From: Marivirga sp.
Lineage (GTDB): Bacteria > Bacteroidota > Bacteroidia > Cytophagales > Cyclobacteriaceae
Length of the DNA: 64,000 nt
Direction: 5' to 3'
NCBI RefSeq assembly: GCF_051117495.1
Contig: NZ_JBNPEF010000017.1
Coordinates: forward strand, 45,158 to 109,157
Part shown: piece by piece, positions 20,048 to 29,330 of the stretch
Layout: each line of letters begins with the position of its first letter
How positions within the stretch are numbered: the stretch's first letter is position 1
Notes under the pieces: generated by a model
Database searches by the model: none
Seen by the model: the letters and a program-made list of their open reading frames with translations, nothing else
Told to the model about the DNA's origin: nothing
Position numbers and translations under genes: made by a program

Positions 20048-20251
20048 TCAGCTTTTGTTTCGTGGTGTTTTTTTGCTTCTGCGCTGGTCGATTATCAGAT
20101 AAATAACAATCGACAGCATCACAATTCCGAGGGCAATAATATTGGATAGCATGCCGGCATGAGAATCGACACCAGTATGAGCCCAAACGCTTGCAGGACT
20201 ATTGGCGAAACTAATGAAAAAGAATAAGTAGATGGGTCTGCTAATTTTCAT
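20048..20251 (-). CDS. Small membrane protein (signal-like segment, AHTGVDSH, one TM)
   Basis: 67 aa, overlaps the HXXEE gene by 11 nt; VWA-HTG cleavage-like site, hydrophobic helix and basic tail. Confidence 0.6.
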   Translation of the reverse strand: MKISRPIYLFFFISFANSPASVWAHTGVDSHAGMLSNIIALGIVMLSIVIYLIIDQRRSKKTPRNKS

Positions 20252-20801
20252 TTCTTAATTTTTTAGTCTCTCTTAGGGTGATTAATAATCCATACCAGGC
20301 CGGGATGAGTGGTATGGCTGCGGTAGCTACACCTGCGGTATATTGCCATTCTCCATACAAAATAAAGGGAAATATAAAATGAGTCAGTTCAGCAATCGTC
20401 ATGGCCACAAAGAAAAAGGCAAGAAAATAATAACCAATAGCCCATTCCTTTATAATAAATATGGCGCCCGATACCCACATAATAGGCGCAAAAAATGCCG
20501 CAAAAGTCAATAAGCCTTCTTGGGTAACTTCTTGACCGCTTAGCTGGGAAGCAATTTTCTCAAAACCGAAAATGTATTCTTCATAAACATGGATTATAAA
20601 AAAAATGATGGTCAGCAAGTACGCTACAATCACTTTTGAGGTGTCAAAACGGTATTTATATCCGGTTTTTAGATATAAAAGAAAGCCTCCTGCGCTTGCC
20701 CCACCAATTACTATGGGGCCAATTTTCCCTGCAAAAAGATAGGTGATCAGACACAAGAAAATAATAAAGATGCATGGACCAATTATATCTAGGTGTTTCA
20801 T
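20241..20801 (-). CDS. HXXEE-domain membrane protein
   Basis: HVYEEY motif, AELTHF and YTAGVATA; multiple TM helices. Confidence 0.8.
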   Translation of the reverse strand: MKHLDIIGPCIFIIFLCLITYLFAGKIGPIVIGGASAGGFLLYLKTGYKYRFDTSKVIVAYLLTIIFFIIHVYEEYIFGFEKIASQLSGQEVTQEGLLTFAAFFAPIMWVSGAIFIIKEWAIGYYFLAFFFVAMTIAELTHFIFPFILYGEWQYTAGVATAAIPLIPAWYGLLITLRETKKLRNEN

Positions 20802-20840
20802 AACAAATCTAATTTATGTGCCTATTTCTTAGTACTACAT

Positions 20841-22004
20841 TTACAATCTAATGAGCTTCGAATGTTCATGAAATTTAATCCATGAAAACCAATATTCATC
20901 TGAAATAGCGATTGGTTCCAAATCTGCTTTCAGATCCCCGGAAATATATTTCCCTCTGATATTCCACTTTGTATTGCTGTTTGCATCGGATAATTCTTTA
21001 TCCTGTAATCTTAAAGCAAGCTTATCTGTATTCAAACTATTTTTAAAAGCATTTACTGTTTTCCCAGCCCCAATAAGGACAAATCCATATTCATTATTCT
21101 CCACTACCTTTTCTGACAATACCTGCTTCTTTAAATAAACCAACCGGTCATTTATAGAGCTGTCGGTTATTCCGATTACATGAGTACGTGCAGGGAATGT
21201 TTTATCACGGTTTTTTGAGGCCAGTCCTGGAGTAGCTTCAGAAGCCACTAATTTTTTCCAAATACCCGGAATTGGTAATTCAAAATCCTTAAAATCTTTT
21301 TCACTTACTTTAACGACATTTGGCGATTGGATTGTATGTTTGACTTCTCGCCAGGAAAGAATTTGAAATGGGATCATGGTCAATTCATAAGGATGCAGCT
21401 TACCTATTAATGATTTAAAGGTAGATTGCTGAAAGAACGTATTAGTCCTGACGTCTGCAACAATCATATTGGCATTTTTAAATGAGCCTACTTTTAAGGG
21501 CCCTATTGCCGTAACATCAAAAGGGATGATGCTTCTACACATGGCACAATAGGTTAGTGCTACAATTTTGTCTGCAAAATGGTCATTGATGATATGGTGG
21601 TGAATGACATAGTCCAAGGGGTAGCACTTCGTAATTCCTTGATAATCAATCACGGCCATTTCCATTTGATCATCAAGAGGTAGTTGATTAGGATCTTTCG
21701 CCATTGCTGGAAAGAACACAGCGGGAAACGCTTTCTCCTGATGCATTTTAAAGGTTAAAATCAAGGCAAATCCTGTGATCAATAAGGGGGCAATGGCCCA
21801 TAATGGCATTTCATTGCTTTGGTAAAAAATTAGGCCCGTCCATACTAATAGCCCTATAAAAATAGACCAATTGAGTGGCTTTCGTAAAAAATAGTGGTAG
21901 TACAACCAACTTAAGGGAAAAGCTTCTACTAAAGCCATGTAAATGGCAGCAGTTCCAATTAATAATGATGCAATAGCCAATCCATAAAAAAATACTAATT
22001 CCAT
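20841..22004 (-). CDS. DUF3179-domain protein with N-terminal TM helices and a CxxC motif
   Basis: KCYPLDYVIHHHIIND, LTYCAMC and EYWFSW..FH motifs typical of DUF3179. Confidence 0.8.
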   Translation of the reverse strand: MELVFFYGLAIASLLIGTAAIYMALVEAFPLSWLYYHYFLRKPLNWSIFIGLLVWTGLIFYQSNEMPLWAIAPLLITGFALILTFKMHQEKAFPAVFFPAMAKDPNQLPLDDQMEMAVIDYQGITKCYPLDYVIHHHIINDHFADKIVALTYCAMCRSIIPFDVTAIGPLKVGSFKNANMIVADVRTNTFFQQSTFKSLIGKLHPYELTMIPFQILSWREVKHTIQSPNVVKVSEKDFKDFELPIPGIWKKLVASEATPGLASKNRDKTFPARTHVIGITDSSINDRLVYLKKQVLSEKVVENNEYGFVLIGAGKTVNAFKNSLNTDKLALRLQDKELSDANSNTKWNIRGKYISGDLKADLEPIAISDEYWFSWIKFHEHSKLIRL

Positions 22005-22200
22005 AAGCTTAATATTTTCGGCTCAAACCCAACTATTGGATTAGCTCCGCATCTAATAGTTGACGATTCCTTGAATGAAAAGGACAGATGCTATACTAAA
22101 TTTAATCAAAAATAAGGACTTCCCGAAGTGCTCTTCGAAATCTATTTTCTTTGGAATAGGGTGTAAGTGATGGTCTGATAGTTCATTATCCGATCATGGG

Positions 22201-22503
22201 ATGCGAACGGAGCAATTTTTCAAGTTTTACAGTTCAAGCGGACTTGCCCAGCAGGAAAATATAAGTATTTTCAAAAAAGAGTATGAGGAAATTATTGAAG
22301 GACTTCTGACTTGCTCAGATTGTCAGCCTTATTTCTCTATTATTTACGGTATTCCGATTATGACTCCTGATGAATACAGACAAAAATCATTGGAGGCTCC
22401 GATATTGAAAAAGTGGGGATTGGAATTGCCTGCAGGGGATCAAGGCTTTCGCTTGGATGGGGCTACTCATGGACGAGCTTTGGAGATGGGGGATAGTGAT
22501 TGA
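22201..22503 (+). pseudogene. Trm112-like protein, native N-terminus apparently replaced by REP-derived sequence
   Basis: EGLLTCSDCQPYFSIIYGIPIMTPDE matches the Trm112 C-terminal core. The usual N-terminal Cys/Pro-containing segment is missing, and AGTTCAAGCGGACTTGCCCAGC (about 22241-22262) resembles the 17184 REP family. Confidence 0.55.
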
Positions 22504-22549
22504 AAAGAGGTTAGGAAAATTTTGCTGCTGTCTGGTCTAGCAGAAATAA

Positions 22550-23170
22550 TTAACTCTCTATGGTTGCTACTCTCCTTTTCAATTCGAGCTTATAATCTTG
22601 AATCTCCTCATATTTATTCATCCCTAATATCTCGGTTAACCTCAAAAAAGAGATTTTATCTTTGAAATGGAGATATTCTAGCAATGGTTTTAGGTATTTT
22701 TCTTGGCCATCATACATTCGTTGAAATTGAATTGTTTGATTTTCTTTATTATTAAAACATAGGGTCACCCAGTTACTCGTTCCATTTTCACTATGTGGGT
22801 CAAAAATTGGTTGTCTACTTTTAAATTCAGAATAGTAATTGCCAAAAATGAACTCCACCTTATTTATCTCACGGAGATCAATTTTCTGATCATTTATAAA
22901 TATCTCTGTATGGTTAAACTTTAGCTGTCCCTTCAACTCCCCCTTTAGAGGTTGAATTTTACCTCTTACTACTACTGCCCGTGCGAAATAGTAAATCATT
23001 ATAGAAAAGAGAATTCCAGCAAACGGTTGATTAACTGATTCTGGAATCTTGAAATAATGATTTAAGATGAGCAGTAGTATTGCAAGAATCATAGCAACTA
23101 TTCCTAGAATATCACTAATCGAATATTGCTTGTTCTTATTCGGAATAAAGATGTCAAATTTTAATTCCAT
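22550..23170 (-). CDS. Hypothetical membrane protein (2 TM plus soluble domain)
   Basis: 206-aa ORF with two hydrophobic helices near the N-terminus. Confidence 0.65.
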   Translation of the reverse strand: MELKFDIFIPNKNKQYSISDILGIVAMILAILLLILNHYFKIPESVNQPFAGILFSIMIYYFARAVVVRGKIQPLKGELKGQLKFNHTEIFINDQKIDLREINKVEFIFGNYYSEFKSRQPIFDPHSENGTSNWVTLCFNNKENQTIQFQRMYDGQEKYLKPLLEYLHFKDKISFLRLTEILGMNKYEEIQDYKLELKRRVATIES

Positions 23171-23252
23171 TTAACTAAAAATTACCTTTTTGAGGTTGGC
23201 TATATTGAATGAAGGATGGAAGACCACCATGCAGAGCATGGCGGGAACAGTT

Positions 23253-25874
23253 TTATTTTCTTCTTTTATCAATTGCTTTTATGTATTCTTGTAATACATT
23301 CAAATCAGCAAGAAATTCGTCAGAATCAGGCATTTCTTCAATTAAGGTTCCTGCTGTATCGTGCCCCGTAAAATAAGTAGAGCATTTACTCATATTAACA
23401 TCAACGAGTTTATAATCATCATCTGTTATATCGATAATTTTTGATAACCTCTGAGTTTGAATAGCTCTTCCAAAGCGTTGAATAGCGCCATTTAAAAATA
23501 TTTCCTCAATAAACCTCTCCCAAGTTTCTCGAAGTTTACCATATAATACTTTAGCACGTTCTTTATATATTTCCTCTGTTTCCGTTCTTTCGATTTTCTC
23601 AAGTTGTTGATATGCACTTTTTAAAATACCTATACGCTTACGAACAGGTAAAGCATCCCACGGTGGATTACTGGCTATTAATCCCGTTTCCTTTTTCTTT
23701 CTTGTCAAGCTCTTAATATCTAATGCACAATTAAGACTCTTTGAGTGTTCTTGAATCATCAAAAGAAAAGTAATGTCGTGTGTAAAAACAATTACTTGTC
23801 TTTCAAGGGCTTCTTCTGTAATTCTTTTTGATATTTTATTTCTCCATTTGTGGTCAAGTGAGGAAACTGGGTCGTCAAAAATAATTGCACTTTTATGTTC
23901 TGAAATAGATAATTCGGATAAGAATGTAGCTAATGAAATACATCTATGTTCTCCTTCGCTTAAGATATCTTTTAAAGCAATATTAGTCGAGTTGTTTTCA
24001 TCAAGTCTTAAATAGTGGTATTGTTTCCCTCTTTGACCTTTTGTTTCAGGTTCTATTTTAATGTTTTTAAAACCTAGCTTTTTTAATTCTTCTTTGAAAT
24101 TTTGTTTAAGGTTTTGATTTATATAACCCGCTGTTAGTTCATTGCTTATTGTTGTGATGGTTCGAGTATTACATTTACTTATACATTGATTTAACAAGCC
24201 TACCTTTTTTTGACGGTAAATTTCACGTCCTAATTTTGGTTTATGCTCATAAATTTTCTTTTCACCGTTTAATTTATTTAATTCTTTCACTAAAGGTTTT
24301 AAATCATCATCAATCGATTGAACTTTCAATTTTTCATTCGTTTCGGCTAAAGATTTATTCAACTCTTGAATCAAAGTTTTAGCTGTATTGTCAAACTCTA
24401 TTGTATTAATGCTTGGAATAGACTTTTTTGAATTAAATAATTCAACTATATATTGCTTTTGTTCAGAAAGAGAGGTTAGGTACTCTGTCTTTTTATCTGT
24501 ATAATTTTCAATTAGTTCATTTAACTCTAGAGTTGTAGGTTTTTGCTCTTCAAAATCGAACTCAAGCCTATTTAATTTTTCAATTGCTAAATCATATTTT
24601 TCTTTGGCTTCGTCAAAGGTTTTTTGAATGTCATTTTTTACGAAATCTTCAAATTTTGTAAACCTTTCTCTAGCTTCCTCATCTAAATCTTGAAGACAAA
24701 GAGGACAATTGCTTTCATCTGATACATCAGGAAAACTTTCTGTTTGATTGCTTTCATTGTAAAATTTCCTTGCACTTTCCCATAAAACCTTCCAAGCATT
24801 ATTTCCAACACCTTCTATAGGTAAATCCGAAAATGCAGTATTTGAGGATTCCGTCAGAGCTTCTTTGGCTGTACAAAAATTATTTAATATCTGCTTTAGA
24901 TTATTTAGGGATTGACCTGTTAAGTTGTTTTCTAGATTTTGAAACTTATTTGTTAAAACTTCAAACCGCTTGATTTTCTCTTCATTGGACTTTAAGCTTT
25001 TCTTAGGGTCAGTTGCTTTTAATTTATCTATTTCCTTTTGAAGAGCTTCAATTCTCGTGTTTTTGGCTGAATTCCATTGAGATTCAGCTCTTAGTTCACC
25101 CAAAGTTGAGCTCGAATTTAAGTTGTCAAGAAATAATTTTGCAGTCGTTCCTTCCGGCACTTCTAATAGTTCGTAATCAAACTTTTGCATTGAAGGAGCG
25201 GAAAGCTCGAGACCTAATTTCGCTTCGACTTTTTTTACAGCTTCGGCTAATTTATCAACAATGGAAAGACCTTGTGGAATAAAGGCAATTTCATCTTCTC
25301 CATCGATATAATGATTTGCACTAAAAGTGTCGAATACATCAATTTTTTTTAAGGTATTTTCACTTATTGTTTCATTGATAAGGTTGACAGTAGAGAAATT
25401 TACACCATCAGAAGTATATTCTATGTCTGCTTTTTTATCATTCCCAACACAGCTTGGGTCAAATAGATTGTCATTTATTATTGGTTTTTGACCTCTTGTG
25501 TTACAAGAATGCTTTAAAATACTCACATAACTAGATTTTCCTGAACCGTTGTCTCCATAAACGATTGTCAATCCATTTGGTGAAAACTCTAATTCACTTG
25601 ATTTTGAAAGAGCATTAATATTATCAATGTTATTGATTTTGGATAGTATGACATCGTCATCATTTACTGAGTTATCAGCAAAATCCCTTAAGTCATCAAA
25701 GTCAACTGCATCAAATTCAAATTCAGAAATTCCAAAATCAACCTTGCAAATTTCCGTAAGTTCAGAAATGTCGGTATCTGTCAGTTCATTGTTTCGGATT
25801 AATCGGTCAACAGCTACTTGCCAAAATGAAGGCTTATTTTCAACCCAGTCTATTATGTCATTCAGTATCGGCAT
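23253..25874 (-). CDS. Rad50/SMC-like ABC ATPase with zinc hook (RloC/AAA_13-like), probable defence protein
   Basis: Walker A GDNGSGKS, coiled coils around CPLC, signature LSEGEHR, Walker B IIFDDPVSSLD, VFTHD; a C-terminal helical domain with LRETWERFIEE...TGHD. Confidence 0.75.
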   Translation of the reverse strand: MPILNDIIDWVENKPSFWQVAVDRLIRNNELTDTDISELTEICKVDFGISEFEFDAVDFDDLRDFADNSVNDDDVILSKINNIDNINALSKSSELEFSPNGLTIVYGDNGSGKSSYVSILKHSCNTRGQKPIINDNLFDPSCVGNDKKADIEYTSDGVNFSTVNLINETISENTLKKIDVFDTFSANHYIDGEDEIAFIPQGLSIVDKLAEAVKKVEAKLGLELSAPSMQKFDYELLEVPEGTTAKLFLDNLNSSSTLGELRAESQWNSAKNTRIEALQKEIDKLKATDPKKSLKSNEEKIKRFEVLTNKFQNLENNLTGQSLNNLKQILNNFCTAKEALTESSNTAFSDLPIEGVGNNAWKVLWESARKFYNESNQTESFPDVSDESNCPLCLQDLDEEARERFTKFEDFVKNDIQKTFDEAKEKYDLAIEKLNRLEFDFEEQKPTTLELNELIENYTDKKTEYLTSLSEQKQYIVELFNSKKSIPSINTIEFDNTAKTLIQELNKSLAETNEKLKVQSIDDDLKPLVKELNKLNGEKKIYEHKPKLGREIYRQKKVGLLNQCISKCNTRTITTISNELTAGYINQNLKQNFKEELKKLGFKNIKIEPETKGQRGKQYHYLRLDENNSTNIALKDILSEGEHRCISLATFLSELSISEHKSAIIFDDPVSSLDHKWRNKISKRITEEALERQVIVFTHDITFLLMIQEHSKSLNCALDIKSLTRKKKETGLIASNPPWDALPVRKRIGILKSAYQQLEKIERTETEEIYKERAKVLYGKLRETWERFIEEIFLNGAIQRFGRAIQTQRLSKIIDITDDDYKLVDVNMSKCSTYFTGHDTAGTLIEEMPDSDEFLADLNVLQEYIKAIDKRRK

Positions 25875-26266
25875 CTGTCTTTAGCGTTGGTTTTCATAAT
25901 AAAGCATAATATTGGACTACCAGCATTACTGATATACATTGTTAGTGCTATTGCATAGAGATTAAACGATTCAGGTATAAGCAATGCGCTTTTTCATTTT
26001 CTCAACTCCCAGAAAACTTTATGATTTGATTGGGTATCCTCCTGTACTTAAGTATCGGAGGAATTATAAAGGTTTCGGTTATTGATGAATTGTAAATATA
26101 GAAATACCGTTCTATTTTTCACCATATAAATAGTACTATTCATCGAAAAAATTCAATTGATTCTTGTTTTTGGGCTAGTTGGAAAAGGGGTCGGTTAAAT
26201 GGGTGAGGGATTTTAAAGACTAGTCAAAAGCACAAGTGAGCACTTGCCAAAAGTAATATATGATAT

Positions 26267-26572
26267 TCAAAGATAATCGTTTCTTTCAGAATCCTGACGA
26301 CTGTCCCAAAAATTTAGAATCACTAATTCCTTTGCCCGAACCTGATATATAATTTGAAAATTTTTCATAAAGGTTTTCGATCGAACATTTTTATCTGGAT
26401 AGTTCGTTTTTTTACCAATATTAGGGTTGAAAACAATAAGTCTTAGAATGCTTTTGAGGTGTTTGCGGAGTTTTCGACTATAGGTCTTAGATTTATTTCT
26501 TCTGTTCCAATATAAAATAATATCATGTAATTGGTTTTTAGCGGTATCTGCCCAAATTACTCTTCTAGCCAT
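26267..26572 (-). CDS. RelE/ParE-family toxin
   Basis: RRVIWADTAKNQLHDIILYW...NPNIGK...YQVRAKELVILNFWDSRQ. Confidence 0.85.
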   Translation of the reverse strand: MARRVIWADTAKNQLHDIILYWNRRNKSKTYSRKLRKHLKSILRLIVFNPNIGKKTNYPDKNVRSKTFMKNFQIIYQVRAKELVILNFWDSRQDSERNDYL

Positions 26573-26784
26573 TGATCTAGTTGGTCATCAATTTGCTCCT
26601 GTGTGAAATACTTGCCTTCCCCGACTTCTTGTTGTGCCTTCTTTATAGATTCAATTTGTGTGTCGGAAAAATGAACGATTTCATCATGACCTTTGTCGCA
26701 TAAGACTTGGTAAATCTCCTCCAATAGCTCCTTGTCTTGGGAGTTTTTGATTTCTTCAATAAGCTTATCTTTTAATTTTGTCAT
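26557..26784 (-). CDS. Cognate antitoxin of the RelE/ParE toxin
   Basis: 75 aa, acidic C-terminus (AQQEVGEGKYFTQEQID..LDQWL), overlaps the toxin start by 16 nt. Confidence 0.75.
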   Translation of the reverse strand: MTKLKDKLIEEIKNSQDKELLEEIYQVLCDKGHDEIVHFSDTQIESIKKAQQEVGEGKYFTQEQIDDQLDQWLEE

Positions 26785-26896
26785 ATTATAAATTTAATAA
26801 ATATTCTTAACTAGAAAAATAGAGATCTAGTTCTTCAAATATCATTTAAGTCTCTTTCTTGTCCTCCTTAGTAATAATCAGATAATTAAGAATATA

Positions 26897-26928
26897 TTTT
26901 AATTATACCGAAATTGGTATAATTAAAA
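26897..26928 (-). terminator. 13-bp inverted repeat after the crotonase gene
   Basis: TTTTAATTATACC-GAAATT-GGTATAATTAAAA, about 20 nt past the stop. Confidence 0.5.
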
Positions 26929-26948
26929 TTAGAAATAATACACCCCCA

Positions 26949-27767
26949 CTAATCCTTAAACTCTGGACTCCTTTTTTCCATACTAGCTTTAAAGGCTTCG
27001 CTCAAATCATCTGAAAGCAACATGGCGGAATTCCAGGTAGCCATATAATTTAGTGAATCCTCCACCGAATGATCTCGGCTGTATTTTAGCACTTCTTTAG
27101 TGCCTCGAATGGACAAAGGAGATTTTGAAGCGATCACGGTGGCCAGTTTTAAGGTGCTTTCCATCAATTCATCCCTTGATGGTAAAGATTGATTCACTAG
27201 CCCAATCTCTTTAGCTTCTTTTCCATGCACTTTTCTGCCTGTATAGGCCATTTCGGAAACCATGCCGGGAGAAATTAATTTTGGCAGACGTTGCAAAGTT
27301 CCCAGGTCTGCTACCATTCCTAAATCGATTTCTTTAATGGTGAAATAGGCATCATTACTGCAATAGCGCATATCGGAAGCGGCAATGATATCGACTCCCC
27401 CACCTATGCATCCGCCATGTACTGCGGCCAATACGGGTTTCTTGCATTTTTCAATAGCATTTACGGCTTCTTGAAGGCTTAAGACTAACTTTCTTATTTC
27501 TTCACTTCTTCTTCCGCCACATTCAATTTTTTGATATTGACTCACCGACATCAGCAATTCCAAATCGATCCCCGCACAAAAGTTTTTGCCTTCTCCGGCT
27601 AGCACAATAGCTCGTACTTCAGCGGTTTCGGAAAGTAAATTGAAAATTTCCTTCATCTCCGTCCAGGCCGGCATGTGGAGCGCATTGGATTTCTCTGGTC
27701 TATTAAAGCTAACGGTCGCTACTTTATTTTTGATCTCGATTTTGAAATACTGAGGTGTAATTTCCAT
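26949..27767 (-). CDS. Crotonase/enoyl-CoA hydratase (delta3,5-delta2,4-dienoyl-CoA isomerase-like)
   Basis: NFCAGIDL, CIGGGVD, KEIDLGMVADLGTLQRLP; start MEIT at 27767 preferred. Confidence 0.9.
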   Translation of the reverse strand: MEITPQYFKIEIKNKVATVSFNRPEKSNALHMPAWTEMKEIFNLLSETAEVRAIVLAGEGKNFCAGIDLELLMSVSQYQKIECGGRRSEEIRKLVLSLQEAVNAIEKCKKPVLAAVHGGCIGGGVDIIAASDMRYCSNDAYFTIKEIDLGMVADLGTLQRLPKLISPGMVSEMAYTGRKVHGKEAKEIGLVNQSLPSRDELMESTLKLATVIASKSPLSIRGTKEVLKYSRDHSVEDSLNYMATWNSAMLLSDDLSEAFKASMEKRSPEFKD

Positions 27768-27949
27768 GATATATCGTTTAGTGAATTTACTCAACGAATA
27801 TAAGTCTTTCACATGGAAGCATGAAGGATATGAAAGTATTAACCTGAATTCGACTTTAATTTAGAAATTCAGATTTTCATAAAAATTGCTGTTTTCACAT
27901 TGTATAGACCTCTTTTTCTTTAGACCATATATAATTAAATTGACCGCAG

Positions 27950-28008
27950 GCGTCTAAAGACGCTTGAAAAGTCTCGCAGAGTCGCGGAGACGCAGAGTTT
28001 TCGCAGAG
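27950..28008. repeat. REP-like units (GCGTCTAAAGACGC palindrome and CGCAGAG-type repeats)
   Basis: GCGTCT-AA-AGACGC, then TCTCGCAGAGTCGCGGAGACGCAGAGTTTTCGCAGAG: GC-rich islands in an AT-rich intergenic region. Confidence 0.5.
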
Positions 28009-28147
28009 AATACTTTTGTTATCTTCCTTGATGTTCAGTTTATAAGACAGCGAGCACTTGTAACAAAAATTCAAAATACCTAAAATGAATAAGACCAAAC
28101 CTCTAAAAAAGATGCTTTGCAGCTAAATAAATTATAGAACCAATTAA

Positions 28148-29032
28148 TTAAGATTTACTGCCTTTTATTTTCTTCACTACAAAACCACCTAACTCCACCA
28201 CAGCTAAAACCACTATTCCCACCACAAGGCCGATGAGAAATTCTGTTACAAAAGAAGGTATAGAGGGAAGTAGGTGATGTAGAAAGTCTATATTGTGAGC
28301 AAAAATTCCACCGGAAACTAGAAGAAGCGCAATAGTCCCGATTACGGTCAAGCTTTTAATTACTTTAGGCAAAGCTTGTACTAGAAATTTTCCTACTTTA
28401 TCTGAAAAACTATTATCCTCTTCATTTAAATTGATCAATTTAACCCCAAACTCATCCATTCGAACAATTAGGGCCACTATTCCATAAACACCTACTGTAG
28501 CTACTAAGGCGATAATTGAAACCACCATGATTTGGTTAAGCAAGGTTTCATTTTCCACTGTCCCTAAAGCTATTATGATAATTTCCACGGATAGGATGAA
28601 ATCAGTTACAATAGCGGATTTTACTTTTTCCTTTTCTCGACTTAATGCCTCTTCTTTAGTCAATTTTTCAGCCTTTTCTATTTTTACCTTTGGCTTAGCA
28701 TGGAAGAAATAGGCATAAATTTTTTCCGCTCCTTCATAAGCAAGGTATAAGCCACCAAACAAAAGAATGATATGAATAGCCTCGGGGACAAAAGCACTCA
28801 GTAAAAAGGCGAGCGGCAAAATGATGAGTTTATTCAGCAAAGAACCTTTCGTGATAGCCCAAAGCACTGGAATCTCTCGAGAAGCCATAAAACCAGATGC
28901 TTTTTCTGCATTTACTGCCAAATCATCTCCAAGTATCCCCGCTGTTTTCTTACCAGCCACTTTGCTGAGCGTGGCCACATCATCCATCAACATTGAAATA
29001 TCATCCAGTAAAGCAAAAAATCCAGAAGCCAT
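28148..29032 (-). CDS. DUF808 (YedI-like) inner membrane protein
   Basis: MASGFFALLDDI, GDDLAVNAE, KGSLLNKL, TDFILSVEII, GVYGIVALIVRMD. Confidence 0.9.
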   Translation of the reverse strand: MASGFFALLDDISMLMDDVATLSKVAGKKTAGILGDDLAVNAEKASGFMASREIPVLWAITKGSLLNKLIILPLAFLLSAFVPEAIHIILLFGGLYLAYEGAEKIYAYFFHAKPKVKIEKAEKLTKEEALSREKEKVKSAIVTDFILSVEIIIIALGTVENETLLNQIMVVSIIALVATVGVYGIVALIVRMDEFGVKLINLNEEDNSFSDKVGKFLVQALPKVIKSLTVIGTIALLLVSGGIFAHNIDFLHHLLPSIPSFVTEFLIGLVVGIVVLAVVELGGFVVKKIKGSKS

Positions 29033-29168
29033 AGTTTATAAAATTAAAATTTGGTGCAATTTACTATCATCTGTCTCAATATAACAAATGAAAAAAATTT
29101 GATTGTTTTTATATAGCAGCTTTCTGTATGCAAGCCCTAAACTTACTTTCAAGTCGAGCAATACGTTG

Positions 29169-29252
29169 AAACCTGTCAGGTTTTCAATAATTATAAGGAC
29201 TGAAAATAATGGTATCTTTATCAATAATATCAAAGCCAAACCAGACAGGTTT
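29169..29252. repeat. Paired-palindrome element AAACCTGTCAGGTTT...AAACC(T/A)GACAGGTTT, copy 1
   Basis: 15-bp arms with a 54-nt spacer; further copies at 54351-54430 and 62127-62209. Confidence 0.8.
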
Positions 29253-29330
29253 AGGCAATAGTACTAATAGTACCAAGTAGCAGTGGCGTAAAGAGCCGTT
29301 AAGTTGAGAGTTTTTGCATTGGTGAATATT

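Noticed and set aside
21535-21552. Selenoprotein form of DUF3179
   Set aside because: Both residues of the CAMC motif are encoded by TGT.
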